This document shows, in pieces, positions 27,107 through 35,952 of a DNA stretch of 64,000 bases. Numbering within the stretch: position 1 is the stretch's first letter; every line of letters starts with the position of its first letter. The stretch covers positions 53,247 through 117,246 of the forward strand of contig JAZOUQ010000145.1 of NCBI GenBank assembly GCA_045658185.1. Direction: 5' to 3'. The position numbers and the translations under genes are program-made. This DNA comes from Eubacteriales bacterium (GTDB lineage Bacteria; Bacillota; Clostridia; Oscillospirales; CAG-272). The notes beneath the pieces are model-generated. The model saw nothing but the letters and a program-made list of their open reading frames with translations. It did no database searches and was not told the origin of the DNA.

Positions 27107-27844
27107 TTACTCAGCGTCAGCGGTTTCAACTTCAGCAGCCTCAACCTCTTCGGTTGTCTGCTCACCCTGTCTTCCTTCGATAACTGCATCAGCAAGTACG
27201 GAAGAAATGAGCTTGATTGCACGGATAGCATCATCGTTACCGGGGATGATGTAATCAGCATCGTCAGGATCACAGTTGGTGTCAACGATAGCAACTACCG
27301 GAATACCGAGCTTCTTTGCCTCAAGAACAGCGTTTCTTTCCTTCTTGGGGTCAACTATGAATATAGCGGAAGGAAGGGTATCCATAGTCTTGATACCGCC
27401 ATAGTTCTTCTCAAGGTCGAAAATTTCCTTCTGCTTAGCAGCAACTTCCTTCTTGGGAAGAAGATCAAAAGTTCCGTCCTCCTGCATCTTCTCAAGTGCG
27501 TTAAGACGACCGATAGAACGCTTGATGGTCTTGAAGTTGGTCATCATACCGCCGGGCCAACGTACGTTTACATAGTACATTCCGCAACGGGTTGCCTCTT
27601 CCTTGATAGCATCAGCAGCCTGCTTCTTAGTACCAACGAAAAGGATAGTGCCACCCTCAGCAGCAATGTCACGAACGAAAGCGTATGCTTCGTCGAACTT
27701 CTTAACTGTTTTCTGAAGGTCGATGATGTAGATGCCGTTTCTTTCAGTAAAGATGTATTCCTGCATCTTAGGATTCCATCTTCTGGTGTGGTGTCCGAAA
27801 TGTACACCTGCTTCGAGAAGCTGTTTGATTGAGATAATAGACAT
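27107..27844 (-). CDS. rpsB: 30S ribosomal protein S2
   Basis: [19 protein letters not shown]. The start is set at MSIISIK, after AAAGGAGG. Confidence 0.95.
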   Translation of the reverse strand: MSIISIKQLLEAGVHFGHHTRRWNPKMQEYIFTERNGIYIIDLQKTVKKFDEAYAFVRDIAAEGGTILFVGTKKQAADAIKEEATRCGMYYVNVRWPGGMMTNFKTIKRSIGRLNALEKMQEDGTFDLLPKKEVAAKQKEIFDLEKNYGGIKTMDTLPSAIFIVDPKKERNAVLEAKKLGIPVVAIVDTNCDPDDADYIIPGNDDAIRAIKLISSVLADAVIEGRQGEQTTEEVEAAEVETADAE

Positions 27845-27958
27845 TTTTATGTCCTCCTTTGGTTTTTTCCACCACATAAGTTAGCGATCTTATCGCACCG
27901 CAGGTACATATGTGTGTGTATTTTATTTTGTGCATATCTCTTTTGCACAATTGTTCGT

Positions 27959-27987
27959 ATTATACCATATCTTACTAAAATATTCAA
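27959..27987 (-). promoter_or_regulatory. SigmaA-type promoter for rpsB-tsf
   Basis: On the minus strand, TTGAAT-N17-TATAAT with a TGn extended -10. This leaves a leader of about 108 nt. Confidence 0.45.
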
Positions 27988-28026
27988 TGCAGCTAAAACC
28001 AAGTTTACAAAATGTTTACAATTGAA

Positions 28027-28317
28027 TTACCAAAAATTGTGTTTTTTCTTTTTCGGAATATTTGTACAGCAACATTCATTGGGAGATAATTTTACCAGTA
28101 TAGCATCTTCTCCCACACATTCTATCTTGCTCCACGGTATTATGATGTTATCACTCTTTCCAAATCCCAAAAATCCGCCTTGCCCTTCTATTATTATCGC
28201 AGTTATTTTTCCGTCGGATACGCAAAATTCAAAATCCGTTGGACAACCTAACCGTGAGCCGTCACACAAATTAATAACTTCCTTGTTTCGCAATTCACAG
28301 GTGCTTAATCTTTCCAT
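28027..28317 (-). CDS. ylmC: YlmC/YmxH family sporulation protein (PRC-barrel)
   Basis: ELRNKEVINLCDGSRLG...DFEF...GKITAII...IPWSKIECVGEDAILV matches the family signature. Confidence 0.8.
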   Translation of the reverse strand: MERLSTCELRNKEVINLCDGSRLGCPTDFEFCVSDGKITAIIIEGQGGFLGFGKSDNIIIPWSKIECVGEDAILVKLSPNECCCTNIPKKKKHNFW

Positions 28318-28321
28318 AAAA

Positions 28322-28367
28322 AACTCTCCTTTGCCTGGTGTTTTTACAACTTATGCAAAGGAGAGTT
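28322..28367 (-). terminator. 13-bp perfect hairpin between the ATPase-like gene and ylmC; its 3' arm contains the ylmC RBS
   Basis: On the minus strand the sequence reads AACTCTCCTTTGC-N20-GCAAAGGAGAGTT-TTTT-ATG. Confidence 0.55.
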
Positions 28368-28373
28368 GAAGTA

Positions 28374-31106
28374 TTACTTGTGCTTTTTTGATATGTGTGA
28401 TCGTGAACCGATCTCATATATTATACCAAATACAATACAAGGAACAAAAGACAATAAGAAATAACTTAATGGATTGTAAGCTACATCAAACAGTCTTCCC
28501 AGAGAAGGCACTGTACTCACTATAGTAATAAACGCCACGCAGACAAGAGCAATTCCAAAAAACCATTTGTTTTTCAGTGATAATGAAATATTCTTTATTG
28601 TGTTGTATCTTGTGTAGAATGCCACAACAAGATGCAACCAAACAATAGCAGAAAGCAAATATTCGACTTGGAACACATACATTTCAAATATTCCGAGGTT
28701 GCTCAGCAATATCGGAAGAAAGATAGTTAAAACACTTGATATCATAGCAGCTATCATTAAAGCTTTATTTGATAATATATGATTTTTCAAAGACGTTATT
28801 CGATAGTCTTGGCTGTTTTTTGTGCTTGTACCCACAGCCTTATTGTCAAAGGACAACATTAAAAGCACAAAAAAATCAATAACAAAGCTACAAAGAAGCA
28901 CGTGTCTTGCATCAAGTATCGGTTTGCCGTAGATCATAGGTAACGCTATCATAATCAATCTTATAAATTGCGTACATATCATGTAACGGAAGAAAGTATA
29001 CAAATTCCTGTAAGCTACCTCCGCAGCAGCAAACACCGAACAAATTGATTTCAAACCGCCTGTTTGACCATTAGGACGCTGAATCAGTATTTCGGATGAG
29101 TCTTTGACAGTTTGTATACAGGAACGACTTGCTCCGGTACCTGCAAGCTCAAGAGTATACAATTCTTCCTCGCTTTTGGCTGAAAAAACATTAATTATGT
29201 TTGAGCAAGATATAAAAACATCGGATTTTTCTACAACGGATTTAGCAAAGTCTGAAAAAGTTACAACCCCTACTTTAGCACCGTTTTGATGAGCAAAATC
29301 CATCAATCTCTCGATATCGACCTCGTTTAATCCGTAATAAGTATCTATATTGCCGAATTCAAACGAAATAGGGTGCTGATATCGTAAAAAATCTTCCTTA
29401 TAAGCCTTGTTTCCAAAGTGAACTTCCACGGGAATTTCAGGAATATCGGTAGATTTATCTCCGCCAACAAAAGATATCACTTTAACTCCCGATTTATTAA
29501 GGCTCTTTATTGCATTCAAGGCATTTTCGTCTACGCCTTCACGCAAAACGATCGCTCCTATAAATACTTTAGCAGAGTCATTGTGAATACCGTCTAAGGA
29601 AGAAAGCGTAAAAATCAATACTGTTTTTCCTTGTGAAAAATGCGAGTGAAAAGCGTGCTTCAGCCGATCCGTGCCTATGCTTGTGAGAGGCTGTGAGCTT
29701 CCAGATACCAATATATGAGAACACTGAGCAATCACAGTATCCGACGTCGAAACACTAAGCATCATATTTTTTCCATAGTCGCTATAATGAAGATTATCTA
29801 TCGGATCACTAGGTGTTCCGGTAATGTATGCCTTGATCGGATAGCGAATTTTCAATGCCTCAGGATCAGCATTGCCTTTTTCTAAAAACTCATCCAGTCC
29901 TATTCTGTATCTATCGGGGAGATTAATTCCTGACGTTATTGCATTTTTTTCAGCAGAACTGTACAACGTAGCAAAGTCAAATAACGTCGATACAGTTTGA
30001 TTGTAGTTTTCGTATTGCTTAACCTCTCCCTCAGCTGTAAAAGCTGTATCAAAATGTAAAACACCGTCCGTCAGAGAAGAACCGTCAAGTAAAAACAAAT
30101 AATCAATATCTGAAAGTTTATCAAATGCATCGGTAGTTTTTATTATAGCCGGGCTTGAACCGTTAGCAATCGCGGTGATTTTTCTGACGAAAAACACCTT
30201 GCAGATAGTACAACAAAGTTGAGTCATTGAAGATGCACACAATGATAAAGCTGTTAAAAATGAAGCTGAAAGCGTTGCGTTACCATTGTTTAACGCACTA
30301 AACAACAGACTAACAAAGGTAAACGGCAATATACACAGCATAGAAATAAAGCTTATCTGTGAGCATATTTTTTTCATTCTTTTTAGCTCGTTAGGAGTAT
30401 TATCGTTATAACGTTCTGCGATCCCACCTGTCATAGCCCCTAAATATGTATACGTACCCGTTGCGAAAACAATAGCACGTCCACTTCCCTCTTTCACGAT
30501 TGAACCGGCGTGAATTACGTTAGACATATTAGCAGGATTGGTTTCGGTTTCTGAAATAACACACTGAGCTTGTTTAGATAATTTAACTGCTTTTTGCTTA
30601 CCAGTTCTCATAAGAACAGTAAGATTATCAGAGGTCACAAGACGTGCATCGGCACAGATTATATCCCCTTTTTGAACCAGTATAACATCTCCGGGGACAA
30701 CAGTTTCAAACGAAGTACGATAAAGTCGTCCGCCTCGTATAACATTAGCTGTGGGCGTAAAATACAGGTTTACTTTTTCCATAGTTCTTTGCGACTTTAA
30801 GTAAAACGCAAATGTCACAGCGATATTGATAATACATATTGTAAGTACAGTTACACCCGTTTCGTGTTCCGCAAACAAAAGTGCAAAAAAAGCGGCAAGG
30901 AGAAGCATTACTAACGCAAAATCGGAAAGTATCTCCGCCAACATCTTACCTGCTTTTTTGCTTTTTCTTATAAACAGCGGGGGGATTTTTTGAAACGAGC
31001 GATACCACGCAGAACGAGCCGCCTTACGGGATAACCCTGAGGCGGCATTGGTTTTAAGCTTTTTTTCTATCTCTGGAATACTGAGGCAAAACCATTTTTC
31101 GTTCAT
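28374..31106 (-). CDS. P-type ATPase homologue with degenerate catalytic motifs (likely non-catalytic)
   Basis: It has a Cation_ATPase_N-like start, the A-domain VVPGDVILVQKGDIICADARLV and about 10 TM segments. However DKTGT is replaced by LDGSSLT, TGES by TGKQ, TGD by GGD and GDGxND by TFSDFA. Confidence 0.7.
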   Translation of the reverse strand: MNEKWFCLSIPEIEKKLKTNAASGLSRKAARSAWYRSFQKIPPLFIRKSKKAGKMLAEILSDFALVMLLLAAFFALLFAEHETGVTVLTICIINIAVTFAFYLKSQRTMEKVNLYFTPTANVIRGGRLYRTSFETVVPGDVILVQKGDIICADARLVTSDNLTVLMRTGKQKAVKLSKQAQCVISETETNPANMSNVIHAGSIVKEGSGRAIVFATGTYTYLGAMTGGIAERYNDNTPNELKRMKKICSQISFISMLCILPFTFVSLLFSALNNGNATLSASFLTALSLCASSMTQLCCTICKVFFVRKITAIANGSSPAIIKTTDAFDKLSDIDYLFLLDGSSLTDGVLHFDTAFTAEGEVKQYENYNQTVSTLFDFATLYSSAEKNAITSGINLPDRYRIGLDEFLEKGNADPEALKIRYPIKAYITGTPSDPIDNLHYSDYGKNMMLSVSTSDTVIAQCSHILVSGSSQPLTSIGTDRLKHAFHSHFSQGKTVLIFTLSSLDGIHNDSAKVFIGAIVLREGVDENALNAIKSLNKSGVKVISFVGGDKSTDIPEIPVEVHFGNKAYKEDFLRYQHPISFEFGNIDTYYGLNEVDIERLMDFAHQNGAKVGVVTFSDFAKSVVEKSDVFISCSNIINVFSAKSEEELYTLELAGTGASRSCIQTVKDSSEILIQRPNGQTGGLKSICSVFAAAEVAYRNLYTFFRYMICTQFIRLIMIALPMIYGKPILDARHVLLCSFVIDFFVLLMLSFDNKAVGTSTKNSQDYRITSLKNHILSNKALMIAAMISSVLTIFLPILLSNLGIFEMYVFQVEYLLSAIVWLHLVVAFYTRYNTIKNISLSLKNKWFFGIALVCVAFITIVSTVPSLGRLFDVAYNPLSYFLLSFVPCIVFGIIYEIGSRSHISKKHK

Positions 31107-31108
31107 AA

Positions 31109-33409
31109 TCAAATACACTCTACTGCTAATTTATCGTTTTCTTCTGAGTATACAACGGATACTGCACTTATAGTCTTATTGTAATCGGAAATTATTTTCT
31201 CGGCTAACTGATCTTCAACGTTTACACGTATAAAACGTCGCATATTTCTTGCACCGAATTTTTGAGAATAAGAATTTTTTGCAATGAATGAAACAACAGC
31301 ATCGGAATAAATCAACTTGATATTTTTTTCCTCAAGTGCCTGTCGCAATTCATTCAGCATGATCACGGCAATTTTCTCAAAATCCTCTACTGTAAGCGAG
31401 TTAAATGTTATGATCTCGTCAATTCTGTTAATAAATTCAGGACGCAAGAAATCAGACAGAGCTTTCATTGTTTTGTCGTCAGAACGTGAATTTTCGGACG
31501 CATAAAAACCGACCGTAGACGAGGTCTTATCGGAACCTGCATTTGTGGTCATAACTATAACCGTATTTTCAAAATTTACTGTCTTACCGCGGGAATCGGT
31601 GATACGACCATCGTCAAGTATTTGCAAAAGTATATTCAGTACATCAGGATGTGCTTTTTCTATTTCGTCGAAAAGAACCACCGAGTATGGGCGACGGCGT
31701 ATTTTTTCCGTAAGCTGTCCCGCCTCATCGTAACCAACGTATCCGGGAGGAGCTCCTATTATTCTTGAAACAGAATGCTTTTCCATAAATTCAGACATAT
31801 CAAGTCTTATGAGAGTTTCGGGGGAATGGAACAGATCCTGTGCCAAGGTTTTTACAAGCTCGGTCTTACCAACTCCGGTAGGACCTGCAAAGATAAAGGA
31901 TACGGGCTTTCTCTTATACGATATCCCTGCTCTGTTGCGTTTGATTGCCTTGGCAACCGCCTCAACCGCTTTATCCTGACCTATAATTCGAGTTTTCAAG
32001 CGTTCTTCAAGCGTATCTATCTGCTCATATTCATTCTTTGAGATGTCTACGGCGGGAATTCCTGTCCAGATTTCTATAACCTGTGCAATATCTTCTTCGG
32101 TTAATGTCACCTGCTCACACGAAGGCTCTAATTCACGAAGTCTTTCGGACAGCTGTATTTCCTTTGCTTTAATTTCAGCGATTTCCTCATAGCATCTTCT
32201 TGAATGATTATCGTCGGTAGGTGCTTCCGCCTCAAGACCTTCTCTCTTTTCTTTGAGAGAAAGCAGTTCTTCTCTTATTTGCTGTGTTTCGTTAAGAACA
32301 GAGCTTGTAAGAGAAAGCTTTGACGCGGCTTCATCCAAAAGGTCTATGGCTTTATCGGGAAGATATCTGTCCATTATATATCTTTCGGACATTATAACCG
32401 CACGGCGAACTACTACATCGGGAATCTTTATAGAATGAAATTCTTCGTAGTAATGCTTGATACCTTCAAGCATTTTTACGGTTTCTTCTATTGACGGTTC
32501 GTTTACGGTTACAGGTTGAAATCTTCTTTCTAACGCGGTATCCTTCTCGATATATTTACGATATTCGTTAAGCGTCGTAGCTCCTATTATTCTCACTTCT
32601 CCACGCGACAGAGCGGGTTTGAGAATGTTAGCTGCATTTACGCTTCCCTCTGCGTCCCCTGTGCCTACGATATTATGAACCTCATCTATAACAAGAATAA
32701 CGTTCCCTGCCGCCTTAACCTCCGACAAAAGTCCAAGAATCCTTGATTCAAACTGCCCTCTGAACTGAGTGCCGGCAACGAGTGCGGTAAGATCAACCAG
32801 ATATATCTGTTTGTCCTTCAATTTGTACGGGACGTTACCGTCAGCAATTTTTTGTGCTAACGCTTCAGCAATAGCTGTTTTACCTACACCGGGTTCACCT
32901 ATAAGACAAGGGTTATTTTTCTGTCGTCTACAAAGTATCTGTATAACACGGTCAAGCTCTTTATCTCTTCCGATTATACGATCCAGCTTTCCATCTGCAG
33001 CACGTTTGGTAAGATTTCGGCAATAGGTATCAAGAAATTTATATTTCTTTTGCTTATCTCCCTTCGAGGTTTCCTTTTTAGGATTCCTTTGTGATAAAAC
33101 GTCCCCTGCATTAGACGGTAAATTAGATTCTCCAAAGAGCTTGGGAAGATCTATCGCAGGTGCTCCACCCTCTTCAATATCGTCATTTTCAGAAGGCGTT
33201 AGAGCCATATTAAGATTTTCTTCCATAGATTCCAGATCGTCTGCGGAAATACCATATTGGTTCATCACGTTTCCCAACATATTGTCTACGGGAATCCCCA
33301 TTTCCTTTGCACAACGTATGCACAAACCATCATTTAACTTGTTTCCGTTTTCTATTTTTGTAACGAAAACTACCGCCACTCTTTTGCGGCATCTTGAACA
33401 CATTACCAT
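31109..33409 (-). CDS. ClpC/ClpA-family double-AAA+ unfoldase with N-terminal CxxC...CxxC zinc ribbon instead of a Clp_N domain
   Basis: D1 GEPGVGKT/VIDEVH and D2 GPTGVGKT/LFDEIEKAH, a short coiled-coil M-domain, a VGF loop, and the N-terminus CSRCRKR...CIRCAKE. Confidence 0.85.
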   Translation of the reverse strand: MVMCSRCRKRVAVVFVTKIENGNKLNDGLCIRCAKEMGIPVDNMLGNVMNQYGISADDLESMEENLNMALTPSENDDIEEGGAPAIDLPKLFGESNLPSNAGDVLSQRNPKKETSKGDKQKKYKFLDTYCRNLTKRAADGKLDRIIGRDKELDRVIQILCRRQKNNPCLIGEPGVGKTAIAEALAQKIADGNVPYKLKDKQIYLVDLTALVAGTQFRGQFESRILGLLSEVKAAGNVILVIDEVHNIVGTGDAEGSVNAANILKPALSRGEVRIIGATTLNEYRKYIEKDTALERRFQPVTVNEPSIEETVKMLEGIKHYYEEFHSIKIPDVVVRRAVIMSERYIMDRYLPDKAIDLLDEAASKLSLTSSVLNETQQIREELLSLKEKREGLEAEAPTDDNHSRRCYEEIAEIKAKEIQLSERLRELEPSCEQVTLTEEDIAQVIEIWTGIPAVDISKNEYEQIDTLEERLKTRIIGQDKAVEAVAKAIKRNRAGISYKRKPVSFIFAGPTGVGKTELVKTLAQDLFHSPETLIRLDMSEFMEKHSVSRIIGAPPGYVGYDEAGQLTEKIRRRPYSVVLFDEIEKAHPDVLNILLQILDDGRITDSRGKTVNFENTVIVMTTNAGSDKTSSTVGFYASENSRSDDKTMKALSDFLRPEFINRIDEIITFNSLTVEDFEKIAVIMLNELRQALEEKNIKLIYSDAVVSFIAKNSYSQKFGARNMRRFIRVNVEDQLAEKIISDYNKTISAVSVVYSEENDKLAVECI

Positions 33410-33434
33410 AATTAATTACAGATGCAATATCGCA

Positions 33435-34025
33435 TCACTGTTCCTTTCGGATATTGTTTATAAGTCCGCTTTTGTTTACATTTTCTTTTTTCAAGTACGC
33501 ATAGTGCTTCACGTAAGCAACCAATGCACCGACAGCAAACACGACCGCGGGAATAAATATAAATGCTGCAACAACAGGGTGGGCAGCTAAAAAATCTTTT
33601 GCTAAAATTGATACCGCAATGGTAGCATAAAAAAGACAAACGGCAAATTTTCCGTACCATTTACTTACAACGTTTACACTTCTTCTCCTGATAACTATAA
33701 ATCCTATTATGAGTGTAAATATTTCTTTGGCAAAAAACGGTATGACAAACCACAAAGGCACTATACTCTTTATGCACAAGCTTACCAACACCGTGCATTG
33801 CATAAGCTTATCGGCAAATGGGTCAAGTATTTTCCCTAAATTTGTTATCCAACCGTTTCTACGGGCAAGAAATCCGTCGATCACGTCGGTTGCTCCTGCA
33901 ACAAGAAAAACAATAAGAGCTATATATATATCACCAACAATAAAAAATACGTAAAGGAATACGAACACAAGGAGAATCCTTATTATTGATAATATGTTGG
34001 GAATATGTTTTAATTTCATTTTCAC
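33435..34025 (-). CDS. pgsA: CDP-diacylglycerol--glycerol-3-phosphate 3-phosphatidyltransferase
   Basis: The CDP-alcohol phosphatidyltransferase motif DVIDGFLARRNGWITNLGKILDPFADK. Confidence 0.85.
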   Translation of the reverse strand: MKMKLKHIPNILSIIRILLVFVFLYVFFIVGDIYIALIVFLVAGATDVIDGFLARRNGWITNLGKILDPFADKLMQCTVLVSLCIKSIVPLWFVIPFFAKEIFTLIIGFIVIRRRSVNVVSKWYGKFAVCLFYATIAVSILAKDFLAAHPVVAAFIFIPAVVFAVGALVAYVKHYAYLKKENVNKSGLINNIRKEQ

Positions 34026-34079
34026 TATAATCCTCTCTAATACCTATATAATTTATGTTTATGATTTTGAGAGAACGTA

Positions 34080-34598
34080 TCAATTTAAATTTCTGACCAA
34101 CTTATATATATCGATATTTTTGCGTACGATAAATTCATCGTGCAGATTACGAACCGTTATCTCACACGGCGGATTTTCTATGTGGGAATCAAGCGAAATA
34201 TTACCGATCTTATAAAGCACGAACAAACCATCAACAGCACCGCGAATTCTATCCATAATTTCAACATATATAGATCTTTCAAAACGACCGTCAACAATTT
34301 TAAACATTTGCTTCAACATAATGTTCAGCGATATTATTAATATAATTGTTCCCACTAAGGTAATAACCGTACTGTTAATTTTTTCAATTACGCTTTTTTC
34401 TAATAAATTGCCATCAACGTCAATTGAGTTAAAGTCAGGAAGCAACAACTTATTACATTTACTTGCAACACAAACTAAAAACAAGCTCGTATACGCAAAT
34501 GAAATTGCTTTAAATATTGTTCTCTTAAATTCACTGTTAACACAAGACACTGCACATATCCCGACAAGTGCAAGATTTGTAAGATAAATAATATCCAA
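34080..34598 (-). CDS. Hypothetical membrane protein
   Basis: Three predicted TM segments are followed by a 70-aa soluble tail. I recognise no motif. Confidence 0.4.
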   Translation of the reverse strand: MDIIYLTNLALVGICAVSCVNSEFKRTIFKAISFAYTSLFLVCVASKCNKLLLPDFNSIDVDGNLLEKSVIEKINSTVITLVGTIILIISLNIMLKQMFKIVDGRFERSIYVEIMDRIRGAVDGLFVLYKIGNISLDSHIENPPCEITVRNLHDEFIVRKNIDIYKLVRNLN

Positions 34599-34621
34599 GT
34601 TGTATCTCCCTTCCTAAAATT

Positions 34622-35929
34622 TTATTCATTGTCAAACACAAGATATTCGGCTTTGGAATCACCGCACACAAGTGCTGTATTTACATTATATATCAGCATT
34701 TTCCCCTGAGAGGAGCTTAAAAACTCTTCTTTCATATTTTTTCCGTTTATTCTAACGACTCCGTCATCAGTTCTGAAAAATATATGATCGTCATAAATGC
34801 TTATATCCTTGATATTGCTATCCGTAAATTCATTATATAATAAATTTCCTTCTTTGTCAAACACAACGGCGACGTTTGAAGAGTTATAAGTATACGAAAC
34901 AGCTGCACCGTGTTCGTTTATATCATATCCTGATACTACACTGTTATAGTATGAGATCACTTCTGTTTCTTCGAAATTTTTGTCGTATATCCTTATAGAT
35001 TTATTTGTTATAACAGCAAATACAGTATCGGAAACAAAGCCACATTTTAAAAGGAATTCACCGTCTATTGAAATAGTTCCAACATCTTGAGTATCTGAAA
35101 GTGTCATTATTTTGATTTCCGTTTTGCCGCTTCCGTCTCCTATTCCGTAATAGCTTATCGCTAATCGGTCGGCCTTGCTGTTCATTTCAACGTCATAAGC
35201 GTATCTATCATAGGGTACGGTGTAAAGCAATTTAAAATTCTTGCTGTATACATTAACAAGAGATTTATGACTGATATCTCTTGTTATAACAGCCATATGA
35301 CCGTCCTCAGCGAAACAAGCACCTGTAACCGGATACTCTAAAGTTTGAGTATATATTCTTGAAAAAGAATTATAAACCGAAAACGTCTTTCCTGCCGTAT
35401 CATAAATGATAAAATATTTTCCTGAGCTTTCTACGCAAGGCGACGAAAATGGTGATGTCATATTTATAGTTCGTCTGCCCGTAGCGGTAAACACGGAAAT
35501 GTTCGAGGGATTAACGACCGTAAGGCCTCCCCTGAACAGCGAGAAAAAATGTCTTGTGTTGGAATCATACGACAGCGTATCATAATTAGATGATTCCATA
35601 TCAACCGCAGTAGAGAAATCCTTTAAAAGATAAAAGAAATTATCATAGGTTATTTCTCGAAAATTTGTAACAAGAGAAAAAACGAGAAAAATTACAAGTA
35701 TAAGTGCGAATATTCGTTGGGTTATTTTGTAACCCACAGCAACATTTGCATAGTAAGTATCACCTGCCGCCGCAAAATCCTCGTGTCGCAACACCTTCTC
35801 TTTTTGTGGCTCGGGGTTAAACATATTCCCGATTTTTTTAATAATACCTAAATTGAGGACTCTTTGCTTTTTTCCTTCAACGGTTTCATTATTTTCAAAA
35901 TTTTCCTTTTCGTTGAACGGTTCTTTCAC
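34622..35929 (-). CDS. Hypothetical single-pass membrane protein with repetitive beta-rich (propeller-like) ectodomain, DUF5711-like
   Basis: One TM segment (IFALILVIFLVFSLV) is followed by recurring short beta-strand-like motifs. The family assignment is tentative. Confidence 0.45.
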   Translation of the reverse strand: MKEPFNEKENFENNETVEGKKQRVLNLGIIKKIGNMFNPEPQKEKVLRHEDFAAAGDTYYANVAVGYKITQRIFALILVIFLVFSLVTNFREITYDNFFYLLKDFSTAVDMESSNYDTLSYDSNTRHFFSLFRGGLTVVNPSNISVFTATGRRTINMTSPFSSPCVESSGKYFIIYDTAGKTFSVYNSFSRIYTQTLEYPVTGACFAEDGHMAVITRDISHKSLVNVYSKNFKLLYTVPYDRYAYDVEMNSKADRLAISYYGIGDGSGKTEIKIMTLSDTQDVGTISIDGEFLLKCGFVSDTVFAVITNKSIRIYDKNFEETEVISYYNSVVSGYDINEHGAAVSYTYNSSNVAVVFDKEGNLLYNEFTDSNIKDISIYDDHIFFRTDDGVVRINGKNMKEEFLSSSQGKMLIYNVNTALVCGDSKAEYLVFDNE

Positions 35930-35952
35930 GTTGTCCTCCTTTCAGGCGATGA

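Noticed and set aside
26600-27832. A 410-aa ORF on the plus strand spanning the antisense of tsf, the tsf-rpsB gap and rpsB.
   Set aside because: It lies antisense to two highly conserved genes. The product is low-complexity (Ser/Leu/Val-rich), there is no RBS, and I recognise no motif. It is a typical shadow ORF of codon-biased genes.
27995-28020. A direct repeat gtttacaa-aat-gtttacaa just downstream of the ylmC stop.
   Set aside because: An 8-nt A/T-rich direct repeat is too short to distinguish from chance in an A/T-rich spacer.
33141-33660. ORFs 33141-33590 (plus strand) and 33412-33660 (minus strand) around the clpC-like/pgsA junction.
   Set aside because: They overlap two well-supported genes in other frames or strands and have no start signals.
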